Below, in pieces: positions 50,663 through 61,748 of a DNA stretch of 64,000 bases (position 1 is the first letter of the stretch; each line of letters opens with the position of its first letter). A model generated the notes under the pieces. It searched no databases, was not told where the DNA came from, and saw only the letters and a program-made list of their open reading frames with translations. The DNA is from Vicugna vicugna (Eukaryota). A program made the position numbers and the translations under genes. Location: NCBI GenBank assembly GCA_013265495.1, contig MU058037.1:1427498-1491497 (forward strand). Reading direction: 5' to 3'.

Positions 50663-50850
50663 TGCCCACTATCTTGTCCTGGCATTGAGGATGTTGCAGG
50701 CAGTAATTAGACCAGAGCCTGGAAAGTCAGGGAGAGAAACTGGAACTAACTATTTTCTTAAAAGAACTGGTCATTCAAAGGCAGAAAAACCCAAGTCACC
50801 GACAATTTCCTTGTCCACTTTGCCAAGGGATGAGCTGGGCCGGGTCCAAG
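50663..50850 (-). pseudogene. Pseudo-exon pair, Cys-rich (…PWQSGQGNCR|LWSNYCLQHPQCQDKIVG)
   Basis: Donor CG|GTGACT at 50799; 81-nt intron with CTGAC branch point and CTTTCCAG acceptor (50719). Phase 2 matches across the junction. Donor GCA|GTAAGG at 50662. Confidence 0.4.
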
Positions 50851-51428
50851 GACAGGATGGGAGAACTCAGCTGGGGTCGGGGAGCAGGGTGGGAGTAAAT
50901 TCTCGAATGCGGAACGTGAGACAAGCCAGGGAGACGGAGCCGTCTCGGGAAGGGCGCAGAGTAGGCCCAGCATCTAGCAAGGGTGAGTCCAGGTGAGGGG
51001 CGTGTTCCGTGGCGCCGCTGGCGGGGAGCCGCCTCTCGCCCGGGCGCGGTTCCCGCCAGAGGCTCCTCTGAGCGCAGCGGCCTCCTGGGTGTCAGTGCGC
51101 AAAACCGCCACTTAATCCCCACTCCCGCCGGATTAATTAGGGCCTCCTCAAAGCATAAAGTTGCGAGCCAGGGGCTTCTTTCCCAAGTGCAGGGGCACCG
51201 CGGAGGGGGTCAACACTCCTCCGGCCAGCTGGGCGCCCCTCCCCACACACCACCAGGCACAGGGTCTCTGGTGACTCGCGCTTCTCTAGTGAGCGCCCCC
51301 GAACTGCCGGCCAGGTCCCCGGGACCCCTGGTGGCCGGCGGTTTGTCAGGTCACCGGAGTCATGTCCCAGGCCTGGGCGCTTCCTCCCGCGCCCCGGCCC
51401 TCCGTTCCCGGCCAGCAGCCGGGGCGCA

Positions 51429-51512
51429 GGGCGGGGCGCGCCGAGGAGGCCGAGGCCGCGCGCTATTCCTGTCGCTGTGAGCTACCGGCATGTTATGTGC
51501 GGCGCCCAATCA
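51429..51512 (+). promoter_or_regulatory. GC box and CCAAT box, likely KLHL34 proximal promoter
   Basis: GGGCGGGG 51429-51436 and CCAATCA 51506-51512, about 670-750 bp upstream of the ATG. Confidence 0.55.
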
Positions 51513-51796
51513 CGCCTCCGACCCGCCGCGCTGACCGGCGCCCTCCCTCCCTAATCCCTCCGGCTTTGATTTGATCCTCCGCGCAGAACAAGCTCACCCT
51601 CACCTCTGCCCCTTAGCCAGTTGTCCTCGGCCCTCGCGGGTGCCCGCAGAACCCTCCTGGTCCACCCCCGGGAGGTCAGAGCCCTTGCCCCGCACTCCCG
51701 GGACGGCCCGAGCAGGGCCGCATCTGCGCATCTGGGCCGTCGGAGATCCAGCACCCCGCCGGAGTCAGTCCACCGGCAGCTCCGCCCTTCCAGGTG

Positions 51797-52186
51797 ATGG
51801 TGCGCCGCCACTGCGGCCCCTGGCGCGCTGTTGTGGGCTCCCCAAATTGGGCCGGGGAGGGGGTTTTGGGCAACGCGCTGGCAGCCTCGGCAGTCGCCGA
51901 AACCAAACTCTGCATCCCCCGGAAGACTCCAAACTCCTTGCCCTCCCCTACTAGGGGCTTCTGGAAACCGTTCCCCGACCGGATTTGCTCTGAGAAGGGC
52001 CCGAGGAGATCTGCGGACCTGGGCGAAGAAGCCCTGGGATTTAAGCTGAGCAGACAAAAATGGGCCCCTGCTAGGGGTTCGGCGGCTCGCGCGAGGGGCT
52101 CGGGGGCGCCGTGTCCTGGGATGCCTCCGGCCGCGCCTGACTGGACCCAGCCCCCGCCTGGCCGCTTCCCGCCCTGGGCATCATGA
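51797..52186 (+). other. Upstream ORF (129 aa) whose TGA overlaps the KLHL34 ATG (ATGA)
   Basis: ATG at 51797 in a strong context (GTGATGG); second in-frame ATG at 52121; stop TGA at 52184-52186. Confidence 0.45.
52060..52074 (+). other. Short uORF MGPC* in the KLHL34 frame
   Basis: AAAATGGGCCCCTGCTAG, strong Kozak (A at -3, G at +4), starts 123 nt before the main ATG. Confidence 0.5.
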
Positions 52187-54138
52187 GTTACTTCCTGTCT
52201 TACTGCAAAGCTCATGGCGGCGCGCTGCTTACCGGCTACCAGGCCCTGCGCGCCGAGGGCTTTCTGTGTGACGTGACCCTGGAGGCCGAGGGCAGCGAGT
52301 TTCCGGCGCACAGGTCGCTCCTCGCGTGTTCCAGCGACTACTTTAGGGCCTTGTTCAAGAGCCACACCAGGGAGTCCCGGGCGCGCGTGATCCACCTGCA
52401 TGTGCCCTCGGCGGCCGGCCTGCAGCGCTTGCTAGACTTCATCTACACCGCCTGGCTGCCGCTCTCCATGGACACCGTGGAGGACACGCTGGAGGCCGCC
52501 AGCTACCTGCAGGTCACTGAGGCCCTAGGGCTGTGCGGCCGCTACCTGGAGCGCCAGCTGGCCCCGGAGAACTGCTGCTTTGCCGCCAATATGGCGGCGC
52601 GCTTCGGCCTGGCGCACACGTTGGACGCGGCAGAACGCTGCATCGTGCGCCACCTGAGGGAGTTGCTGGCGCGCGGCGCGGGCCCTGCAGGGCTGCTGGA
52701 GCTCAATCCCGCGTCTCTCAGGGCCGTGCTGGGTGCCCCCGACGTGGCGCGGGTGCCTGAGGCCTGGCTGCTGGGCCTGGCGCTAGCCTGGTTGCGGCAG
52801 GAGCCCGAGGCCGAACGCCTGACCCACTGCGCCGCGCTGCTCGAGCGCGTCCGCTTCGGCCTGGTGCCCACCGACGTGCTTCGGCGGGTGTACTCGGGCT
52901 CCGGCCTCACGCTGCCCACCCGTGTCAAAGGCCTCATCATTCAGGCCCTCAACTACCACACGGCGCCCTCCCGCCAGCCGCTCATGCAGGGCGAGCAGAC
53001 CAGCGTCCGGAGCCCCCAAACCCGCATCTTGTTGGTTGGGGGGCGCAGGGGGCGGGAGGCGGTGACAGAGGAGGTCGTGGTCCCCCGGGAGGCAGTCAGG
53101 GGCAGGGGCGCTGCGGCGGCGCCCGAGGAAGAGGAGGAGGAGGAAGAGGAGCAGATGGAAGAGGAGGAGGAGGAGGAGGAGTGGGAGCTCACCCAGGACG
53201 TGGTAGCATTTGACGTGTACAACCACCGCTGGCGCAGCCTCACACGACTGCCCGTTCCGCTACTGGGGCACAGCGTGTGCGTCGCAGGCAACTTCCTGTT
53301 CGTCCTGGGCGGGGAGAGCCCGTCGGGCGACGCCTCCTCCCCGCTAACCGACAGCCCGCCGGCTGTCACAGCACAAGTGCACCGTTACGACCCGCGCTTC
53401 CACGCTTGGACAGCGGTGCCGGCTATGCGGGAAGCGCGGGCCCATTTCTGGTGCGGCGCCGTGGGCGAGGGGCTCCTGGCTGTCGGGGGCCTGGGTACGG
53501 GCGGCGAAGCGCTGGCTTCGGTGGAGATGTACGACCTGCGCCGGGACCGCTGGACGGCAGCCGGGGCACTGCCGCGGGCGCTGCACGGCCACGCGGGAGC
53601 CGTCGGGGATCGCGGCGTCGTGTACATCTCGGGGGGCAAGGCGGGGAGAGGCGAGGGCGGCGCGAGCAGCCTCCGAGACGTGTTCGCCCTGGGCCCCGGG
53701 GAGCAAGCGTGGAGCAAGAGGGCGCCCATGGGCACGGCCCGCTTCGGGCACCACATGGCGGCACTGCGCGGCGCGGTGTTCGCCTTTCTGGGGCGCTACG
53801 AGCCGTTCTCCGAGATCGAGCGCTACGATCCCGGCACCGACCAGTGGACTCGGCTGCGGCCGCTACCCTACGACCGCTTCTGCTACGGGCTGGCGGTGGT
53901 AGAGGAGACCGTACTGCTGCTGGGCGGCCTTAAGTGGCGGGACTCACGCCAGGTGCCTACCCGCAACGTGGTGGGCTATGACCTCGACCTGGACCGCTGG
54001 GAGGACATTGGCTGCGCGTTGCCCTGGGCCTGGAGCGGCCTGCAGTGCGCAGTGCTGCAGCTGGCCGAGGGTGGGGACGAGGAGAGGGAGGAAGAGCCTG
54101 GAGAGGCTCCAGATTTAGTGCTGGGCTTAATAGGTTAG
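52183..54138 (+). CDS. KLHL34: Kelch-like protein 34 (BTB-BACK-Kelch, Cul3 adaptor), single coding exon, 651 aa
   Basis: Intact ORF. BTB motif FLCDVTLEAEGSEFPAHRSLLACSSDYFRALF, BACK domain, and Kelch repeats (LFVLGG, LLAVGG, VYISGG, LLLGG with Y/W signatures). Poly-E insert in the first Kelch repeat. Located between SMPX and CNKSR2. Confidence 0.97.
   Translation: MSYFLSYCKAHGGALLTGYQALRAEGFLCDVTLEAEGSEFPAHRSLLACSSDYFRALFKSHTRESRARVIHLHVPSAAGLQRLLDFIYTAWLPLSMDTVEDTLEAASYLQVTEALGLCGRYLERQLAPENCCFAANMAARFGLAHTLDAAERCIVRHLRELLARGAGPAGLLELNPASLRAVLGAPDVARVPEAWLLGLALAWLRQEPEAERLTHCAALLERVRFGLVPTDVLRRVYSGSGLTLPTRVKGLIIQALNYHTAPSRQPLMQGEQTSVRSPQTRILLVGGRRGREAVTEEVVVPREAVRGRGAAAAPEEEEEEEEEQMEEEEEEEEWELTQDVVAFDVYNHRWRSLTRLPVPLLGHSVCVAGNFLFVLGGESPSGDASSPLTDSPPAVTAQVHRYDPRFHAWTAVPAMREARAHFWCGAVGEGLLAVGGLGTGGEALASVEMYDLRRDRWTAAGALPRALHGHAGAVGDRGVVYISGGKAGRGEGGASSLRDVFALGPGEQAWSKRAPMGTARFGHHMAALRGAVFAFLGRYEPFSEIERYDPGTDQWTRLRPLPYDRFCYGLAVVEETVLLLGGLKWRDSRQVPTRNVVGYDLDLDRWEDIGCALPWAWSGLQCAVLQLAEGGDEEREEEPGEAPDLVLGLIG
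53125..53181 (+). repeat. KLHL34: Coding (GAG/GAA)n repeat, E9-QM-E8 in KLHL34
   Basis: Read directly from sequence and translation. Confidence 0.95.
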
Positions 54139-55365
54139 TGCAGCCTCCTGGCCACGGAGGAGCAAGTCACGCCTGACCAGGCTTACAGAGCAACACGTGG
54201 GCTTTTCCCAAGAATGGGACTCTGAAAGCAGTGGCTTCTGAAGGTTAACGAGGCAAACAAGGACTTGGCCTAAGAGGAACATTTTCCCTAAAGCTGAGAA
54301 TGGGAGACAAGAGGGGTCAAATTTAGAAAGATATATGAATCAGCTCCAGTGAGCTGGGGATTTCTAGAAATTCTTATGCTTGGCTAGAGATGGACTTTCG
54401 AAAATAAAATATGACCCTATCTTCCCTCTTAAAGTAGTTCCTAGGTGCTAACCAGTGATTGTTTTTCTGCCAAACAGCCAAAAAACGTACCATAAGAAGT
54501 TGTATACAACACCCAGAAAATTGTTAGCTATAAAGAGTGTGATAAATAGTTCTAGAAGATGACATTATCTGAATAAATAGGGAAGGGAAAGTGCCTTGGT
54601 TAAACATCATGCAATCATTGTAGGGAGAACTATGATTTTATGATCCAGAATCATGATTATAGCTCTGCTCTGATGGTTTAATATAAATATCCAACTGAGA
54701 GGGGAAAAAAATCTCTAAAACAGCACCTTATTTTTGGAGAAAATAACTTAACTTTTTCTGTCCCTTATCTTTATTTACCCTAGTCTGCTTTTGTCCTGGC
54801 TTTAGGCAGCTCACTGGTTAAGTTTTATTTCAGCAGCCGTAATCATCAGACTCCTCTGGTTTACTGGATCATCTAACAAAAGCGAAACAAAATCCCATTT
54901 CTTTCATCCTCTTTAAATGTTCATTCAGCCGACATGTTGTAGGAATATTTGTAAAAAAGTTTTTTAAACTTATTTTTGGTGGTACCCCTCCCCTACCGTC
55001 TGCCCCACCTTCCCAAAGGAATCACAGAGAAAGGAAAGAGGAGTAGGTGAAATTTTAAAGTTCGTGTCAGGTAAATGGGAAACCAGCTTGATTTTGTAGG
55101 ATCTCAAGAGAAGATTCTTATATACACTGGACAGATGCTTCTTCTGGTTTGTCCTACCAATGACTTGAAACTGGGGGGTGGGGAGTGGGGAGAAGGTGGC
55201 TGTGTGATTAGGTAACAAAGAAATGTGGTGAGGACTCTGCATGAATAAAATAGGTGCTTTATAAGGATTCAGTAAGAGCTGAATTTATTTGACTTCAGTT
55301 TACAGTGCTGCCTCTCTCCTAGATTTGAAACTAATGCAATAAAATGTACAGATATATAGTGTTAA
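54139..55365 (+). other. KLHL34: KLHL34 3' UTR with candidate poly(A) signals
   Basis: Plus-strand AATAAA at 54403, 54572, 55244 and 55338. Confidence 0.6.
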
Positions 55366-57502
55366 AAGGTCTCTTTCATGCTAGGCTAGCCACAAGTCTT
55401 TTAAAATTCATTAGTTTAATTTTTACCCTTTAAAACAACAGAGCCAACTTTACAAAAGTAAAAGCCGCTTAGTAGCAACACAGCTAGCTAGTCTTTCCAT
55501 CAACTGCTCACTGTTTATAGGGCACAATCTGGCCACTGTATCCACGACACATCCATCAGGTACAGATATTTTTAAGTGAATGTACACATTTGGTCAAGTA
55601 AACATCAACAAGTCTAAACACCTGTAACAAGCACACTTCATTTTAGGACAAGAGGTTTTGGGTTTGTTTGGGTTTTTTTTTTGCTTTTTTGTTTTTTAAC
55701 ATATACAAAATCCCACAAATTTAATGTGCCTCAATATCCATGCAGTAAATAAATGTTTTTACAAATAGTTTTTTTTAAATGATAAAAATATTACACTGGA
55801 CCCAAAATTCCATACAAACATTAATACATGATTTCTCATCCATTTTGACTAAGTATAGGATTACTGAAAATGTGCTGTAGAAAGGCCACTCTCCTGTACA
55901 GTTGTGCAAAGTTTGCAAAATGATAGTGATTCAATGGTGGTTTCAAAAGCAAAGAAAAAGATCCCCACTGTGGAGTTTTTACTTTCTCCTCTACAGCAAA
56001 AATATTCACTGGCAGATATCTGAACTCTTAGAGATGAAAGTACATTCACTGAGCTGTACAGGCAACAGTATAAAGCTGATTAGAAGTAGATTTTAGGATA
56101 TAGAATAGTAAAGGAGGGTCTCTTCCTCCTCCGCCTCCTCAAAAAAAAAAAAAAAAACCAAAACCAAAAACAAACAAAAAACAAAAACCCCAGTAAATTG
56201 TGACTTGTACGGTATGCAGCCAGACACTAAAAAGCAGCACAGTCATTATCATGCTGTGATCACTTTCAAAAACGAGATGCTTATAAATGGAAATATATGA
56301 TGAGGATTTTTTTCATAAACTTCATCCACTCTTACACAACAAACAATGAAGCTAGGAAAAAAACCTCTAAAATTTTTCTCTCATATAATTCAATGTAATA
56401 TATCTGAATGACCGCCCTCCTCTTGCTCCTCAGGAGAGAGGTACATTTTTATTTTTCAACATTGTTTTCTATATTAGAACACATATCAGCCTGTAACTAA
56501 ACATATTTTACTTCCCTGTGTGAAGTATAATCACATAAGTTTAATTAATAGACTAGGGGGAAAATTGGAAACCAACTGGAAAGTTAATTCATTTCAGTTT
56601 ATACCTTATAGCTTTTTAGAAGTTTGAGTTTAAAAACATGAGTTTGGGCTGAAATTATATATATGTGTGTTAGCTGCCTTTCTGGGTGAGTTAAGTGTGT
56701 TTTAAAAAATCCACTCTCAAATTCCTCTGTACACAATCAGCATTTCATCACTACAAAAATAAAGGAAGATTTAAACCAAGAAAATAAAGCAGCTCTATCT
56801 TCAATTTTGGTCTCAGTTACAAAAACATCTTACAAAGCTTTGCCCTGATACACCATTAAGTGTCCCCATGGATTTGGAATAGTATTTCCATTAACCAGCT
56901 TTCACAAGTTAATAGACTCTTAAGACGAATATTAGATACCTGAACTTTTCTTATGTTGATGCTCTTCTATTTTGCTTAACTCTTGTGTGCGCATCTACAG
57001 TTCACAAAAATAAAACTACAGCATTAAACTTTGTGCAATGTTTAAGAAAATTCTTAGAACATTTAATAAATATAAAAAAGGTTTAAATTCTTTCCCACCC
57101 ACAAGGATGTCTGCACCTGAAAAAATGTGATTTAGATTTGAAGTCTTGTTTATATAAAATTAACTTAAAGGGAGAAAAGATGACCTTAGATAGAAAACTG
57201 CCTTTTTGTGTTTTCTCTACTTGAAGACCACCTGTCTTCAGAGTTGTTTGCAAAAGTTAATTTTAAGTCATTGAAGACAGTTGATTTTGCACATGGTAAA
57301 CATAAGCTGAGCACTAACTGCATATAAAATATACAAATGCTCATTAAAGACAGTGGTATTATGACCATATATGGTTTGTTTCATATAGTTTGTTAACATT
57401 AAAGTATAGCTTGTCAAGTGTCCCACACATTGATATAAAATCTACCTTATATACTTGTTCAAAGGATCAGAAGGTACCAGATGGCTGGAGGGCAGAATAC
57501 AC
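55270..57502 (-). other. CNKSR2: CNKSR2 3' UTR (end uncertain)
   Basis: AT-rich segment without obvious interspersed repeats after the stop. Minus-strand ATTAAA at 55720-55725 and 55415-55420, AATAAA at 55284-55289. Confidence 0.7.
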
Positions 57503-57742
<240 letters not shown>

Positions 57743-59367
57743 TTATGAGAGGGACAGACTTTTCTTTAAATTTAAAATAAAACGTTAATAGGCAAAATAT
57801 TAAGAAACCCACAAGAAACAGCTCTGGTATCCTCAAACTCAGCACTTGAGACTCAAATACTAGTGTACTTTTTTCTACACGTGGCATGGGTCGTATTGCC
57901 CATTCTGTGTGGTTTAGTTTTTCTTCTGGCCCATCCTGTATCCCATCTCTGCCTATGGAAACCTTCCTCATTCTTTAACATCCAGTTCATAAGCCTCTCA
58001 CTTATTGAAGTCTTCCTTCAACAACTGGAAAAAATGTTTTCTCCCTCATTCATATAAGTCCCTATAACACCTGATTGTTGCCATCGAGTGGACATTCCAC
58101 GTCTTGAGTTACTTATGCACTGTCCGTTCTCCTGCTAGAGGGTCAGTTAGCTCCTCATGCTTGCGTGACAGAGAGCACGCCCCTCGGGTCACCACAGATA
58201 CATCATTCTTGCTGTGGGCACGTTTTGGCTCCCATCCTGTAGCGCTGAGAGCCTGCAATGCCAAGTGGCCCTCCCTTTTTGCATTGCAGCAAATAATAAG
58301 CTCCCTCCCAGTAAGCTTCCTGATGGGATAACTCACCACAGCGCAGCTATCTCCTGTGGGAGCAGTGAGTCTCCCAGGTGGGAGCAGAACAGGCTGAGAG
58401 GCTCGGTCCTGTCTTTATGGGCCCGGCAAGTGGGAAGGCACGCCTCTGGGGCAGCCCGAGTTGGGGTGGGGGGAGACAGCACTGTGCCCTGAGCAGTGGT
58501 TCTGGTCGTCGGGGCCAGACCGAGACAGTGGGGCTGAGAGCCAGGATGGCGGTTGTGAGTCTCCCTGTGCTGGCTGAGCCTGTTACGCACACAGGGCTGC
58601 TTGGGTCCTTGTCCTCCTCCCCTAATGGGAGATTTCCAATCCCTCTTAATTTCTCACACTAAAAATGACAGGGCTGTGTAGTTCGTTTTACCAATGAGGG
58701 GCTTTTCTTTACACTGACTTTTGGTCCTCTTGCCCGCGAAGAGTGGCGCCCCGGTCACATACCTGGTGATCAGTACTCACTGAACCCAACACTGGCGGGA
58801 GCTCCTACTCTTTGCTCCTGGAAGTAAACACTTTTGGGGGCTCCACAGAGCATAAAAGGCAGGGGTGAGGGGCTGAGAGGGAGAGGGACAGGAGCAGGTC
58901 TTTAAAATAGGTGAGCCTGACCTGCTTCAAAATGCCTGCCTGCTCTTGCAACCAGGTAGTTTGGACCTGAATGGGGGCGCAGGTTGGGGGTGAGGGAGGG
59001 TATGGCTCGGAAACGTGGGAGGGTGAGGATATCTTCGGTACGGCTGGACACCAGAGTTATTCTTTTGGATATTACAGATCTTTAAAAACTTCTGGTCTTA
59101 GTTACCAAAAGGCCATTAAGTTGTCCCCTGGATTTGCGTTAGTCCTTGCACAAATACCAATGAGAGCTAATTGACTCTGAACACTTGGCTGCTTGCTACC
59201 AGAAATTTTTCCAAATCATGCATCTCCTATTTTATCTCTTTGGTACTCACCTCTGTTTCAAAATCACAAAACCTCAGCAGCCTACAATGAATCAGAAATG
59301 TTTCCCAAAGGAGCCCTTTGACCTTTTGGTTTCTGAAATTACTGCATCACATACGCAGTATGACAGC

Positions 59368-59507
59368 TTTTTTTTTGTTTCTTTTTTTTTTTCGGGGGAG
59401 GGGAGGTAATTAGGTTTATTTATTTATTTAAATAGAGGCACTGGGGATCAAACCCAGAACCTCTTGAATGCTAAGCACGCACTCTACCACTGACCTCTAC
59501 CCTCCCC
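59368..59507 (-). mobile_element. Camelid tRNA-derived SINE (Vic-1 type)
   Basis: Same structure as the 18814 copy (GGAGGTAATTAGGTTTATT…CTCTACCACTGA…ACCCTCCCC). Confidence 0.85.
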
Positions 59508-60170
59508 TCCTCTTTTCTGTTCCTGAGTTTTTAAGGGTGCAGAGCCTGCTGAGGGAGGGTCTGTATGGCAGGCCTTCTCCATAATACACACACAGTGAGG
59601 GGCTGACTTTCCCGGCTTCTTCAATTTCCTGCCTCTCCACTCCCCTTTCCTCACCACCTCCTCCCCAGCTTGGGAGTGGCAAAAGAAGATTGGAGACAGT
59701 GTAAGCACTTACAGAAATGTGTAATAAGAAAGGCACATGTGAGCTGGGAACTGATAGTGTATACAGAACAATTACAAAATGTCTACATGGAACATGATCA
59801 CAGTAGCTTCACTCCAAATGTGCTGCAGGAGATAGTCACAAAATATCTCAAACTCTGTTAGTACCCACTCTTGCATTCTGCATGCGTGCTGTGTTCCTTT
59901 AATAGCTATATTAATTACACGACATGGCATATTTATCTCGGGAAAACAAAGGACTGAGAAATAACACCAGCCCTGCATTTTGGGGGAAAAATTAATTACA
60001 TCCTGTTTTCTGCTAGAACTAAGTCACATAACATTTAGTCAGGGCTTTGAGATGTTAATGAAAAGTTAAGATTATTTCCTCTTTGCCAAATACATTTATT
60101 CCTCTAACTTGGCTTCGAGTTCTTTCTGTTTACTCCCTGCCACCCCCATCCTTCATTTTGTATTTTGTCA

Positions 60171-60512
<342 letters not shown>

Positions 60513-61539
60513 CTACTTAAAAAAAAAAAACTATCTGAAAAACGGGATAATGAATGATTGGGAAAACACTCATATTATAAAAAAAACCCCAACAAACCCA
60601 CAGTTGTTAGTTATATTGGGTAAGATCAGCTACAGGCAGCTAATTGTTTTAGAATGATCAATTTATGGGATGCTTTAATTAACAAAATATTCTCTTAATA
60701 GCAAATCACCGTACAGATCTTGAGTCCATTAAGTTCAAAGAATTAGAGTACAAAAGGTACACAACACAGAAACAATCCTGCACATAATTTAATATTTTAA
60801 AACATTAATGAATATCCCTTATGATTATACTGACAAGCATAGAAGTGCTGATTAACAGAGCTCTCCTGGTTTAGCAATACTGAATGAACTGATTTTAACA
60901 ATTTTCCAGACTTCATAAGATGGAATGACATTCACTGGCGTATATGATTGTAAAAATCTTCCAATTGTGTGGTGTAGAGCATTATTAGGTTTCATGTGAC
61001 TGCCATAGTAATGCCTGCCACATTGTAAATATGGTAAATGATCATAAATTATCATCAATGACACCGCTTTAATTAGAATGAAATATGGGAATATTTACAT
61101 GCAAATGTAAGGGGAAATCTGGCACGATCTAAAAGAAACTACTTAGCATTTGTAAGACCTGGGAAGAAAACACTCCAATTAAATATATTTGAGAGAAAAA
61201 ATTAAGAGACTGGTTCAGGAAAGGGTCTTAGATCTATTTGAACAAATCCAATTCCCATCTTATTATTTAATTGTGTGAATACTGATGTCATATCTTTCTC
61301 AACAATGATAAACAAAGATGAACTTGGATTTTGCTTGGATTGGGAGATAGGATTAGGGCTCTATCACATTTCCTTTAATAGAGAGCCAAAGAGTCCCATT
61401 TGAGGAATGTTAATTACATTGGCCCAAGAAGTAAATATGGAATATTGTTCATTCTACAATGGTCCATGTGAATACTTTAGGCTTTCTGATGTACTTACAA
61501 AAAAAACCCCCCAGCCCCCCCCCAAACCCTCCCTAACTG

Positions 61540-61748
61540 GTAACAATGTAGTTAGCATTTATATGTGCCAGGGAGTAGGGTAAATGCTTAACACTCATGA
61601 TCTCATTATTCCTCACAGCAATACTAGGAGAAGATCTACTTGATTTTCATTTTATAGCAGGGAAGTAACTTTCTCAAGGTCACATTTAGTTAAGTGGTGG
61701 AGCTAGAATTCCAACCGGGCAGTCTGGCTCAAGAATCCAGGATTTTAA
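61540..61748 (-). mobile_element. MIR SINE
   Basis: TTCCTCACAGCAATACT…TCTCAAGGTCACAT…TAAGTGGTGGAGCTAGAATTCCAACC. Confidence 0.8.

Larger units (their letters stand above)
14480..50850 (-). pseudogene. Candidate multi-exon unitary pseudogene, Gm9195/si:ch211-286b4.4-like uncharacterised membrane protein family
   Basis: Many minus-strand segments with AG acceptors, some GT donors and long frames broken by few stops. Motif order matches the family architecture as recalled from memory. Minus-strand AATAAA at 14480-14485. Confidence 0.55.
50900..54100. promoter_or_regulatory. CpG island covering the KLHL34 promoter and whole CDS
   Basis: Abrupt switch to very high GC and dense CpG against a CpG-depleted background; boundaries approximate. 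Confidence 0.9.

Noticed and set aside
51551..53933. Many 110-240 aa ORFs in alternative and antisense frames over KLHL34
   Set aside because: Expected by-product of very high GC and the codon bias of the real CDS; low-complexity R/G/P/A peptides with no domain
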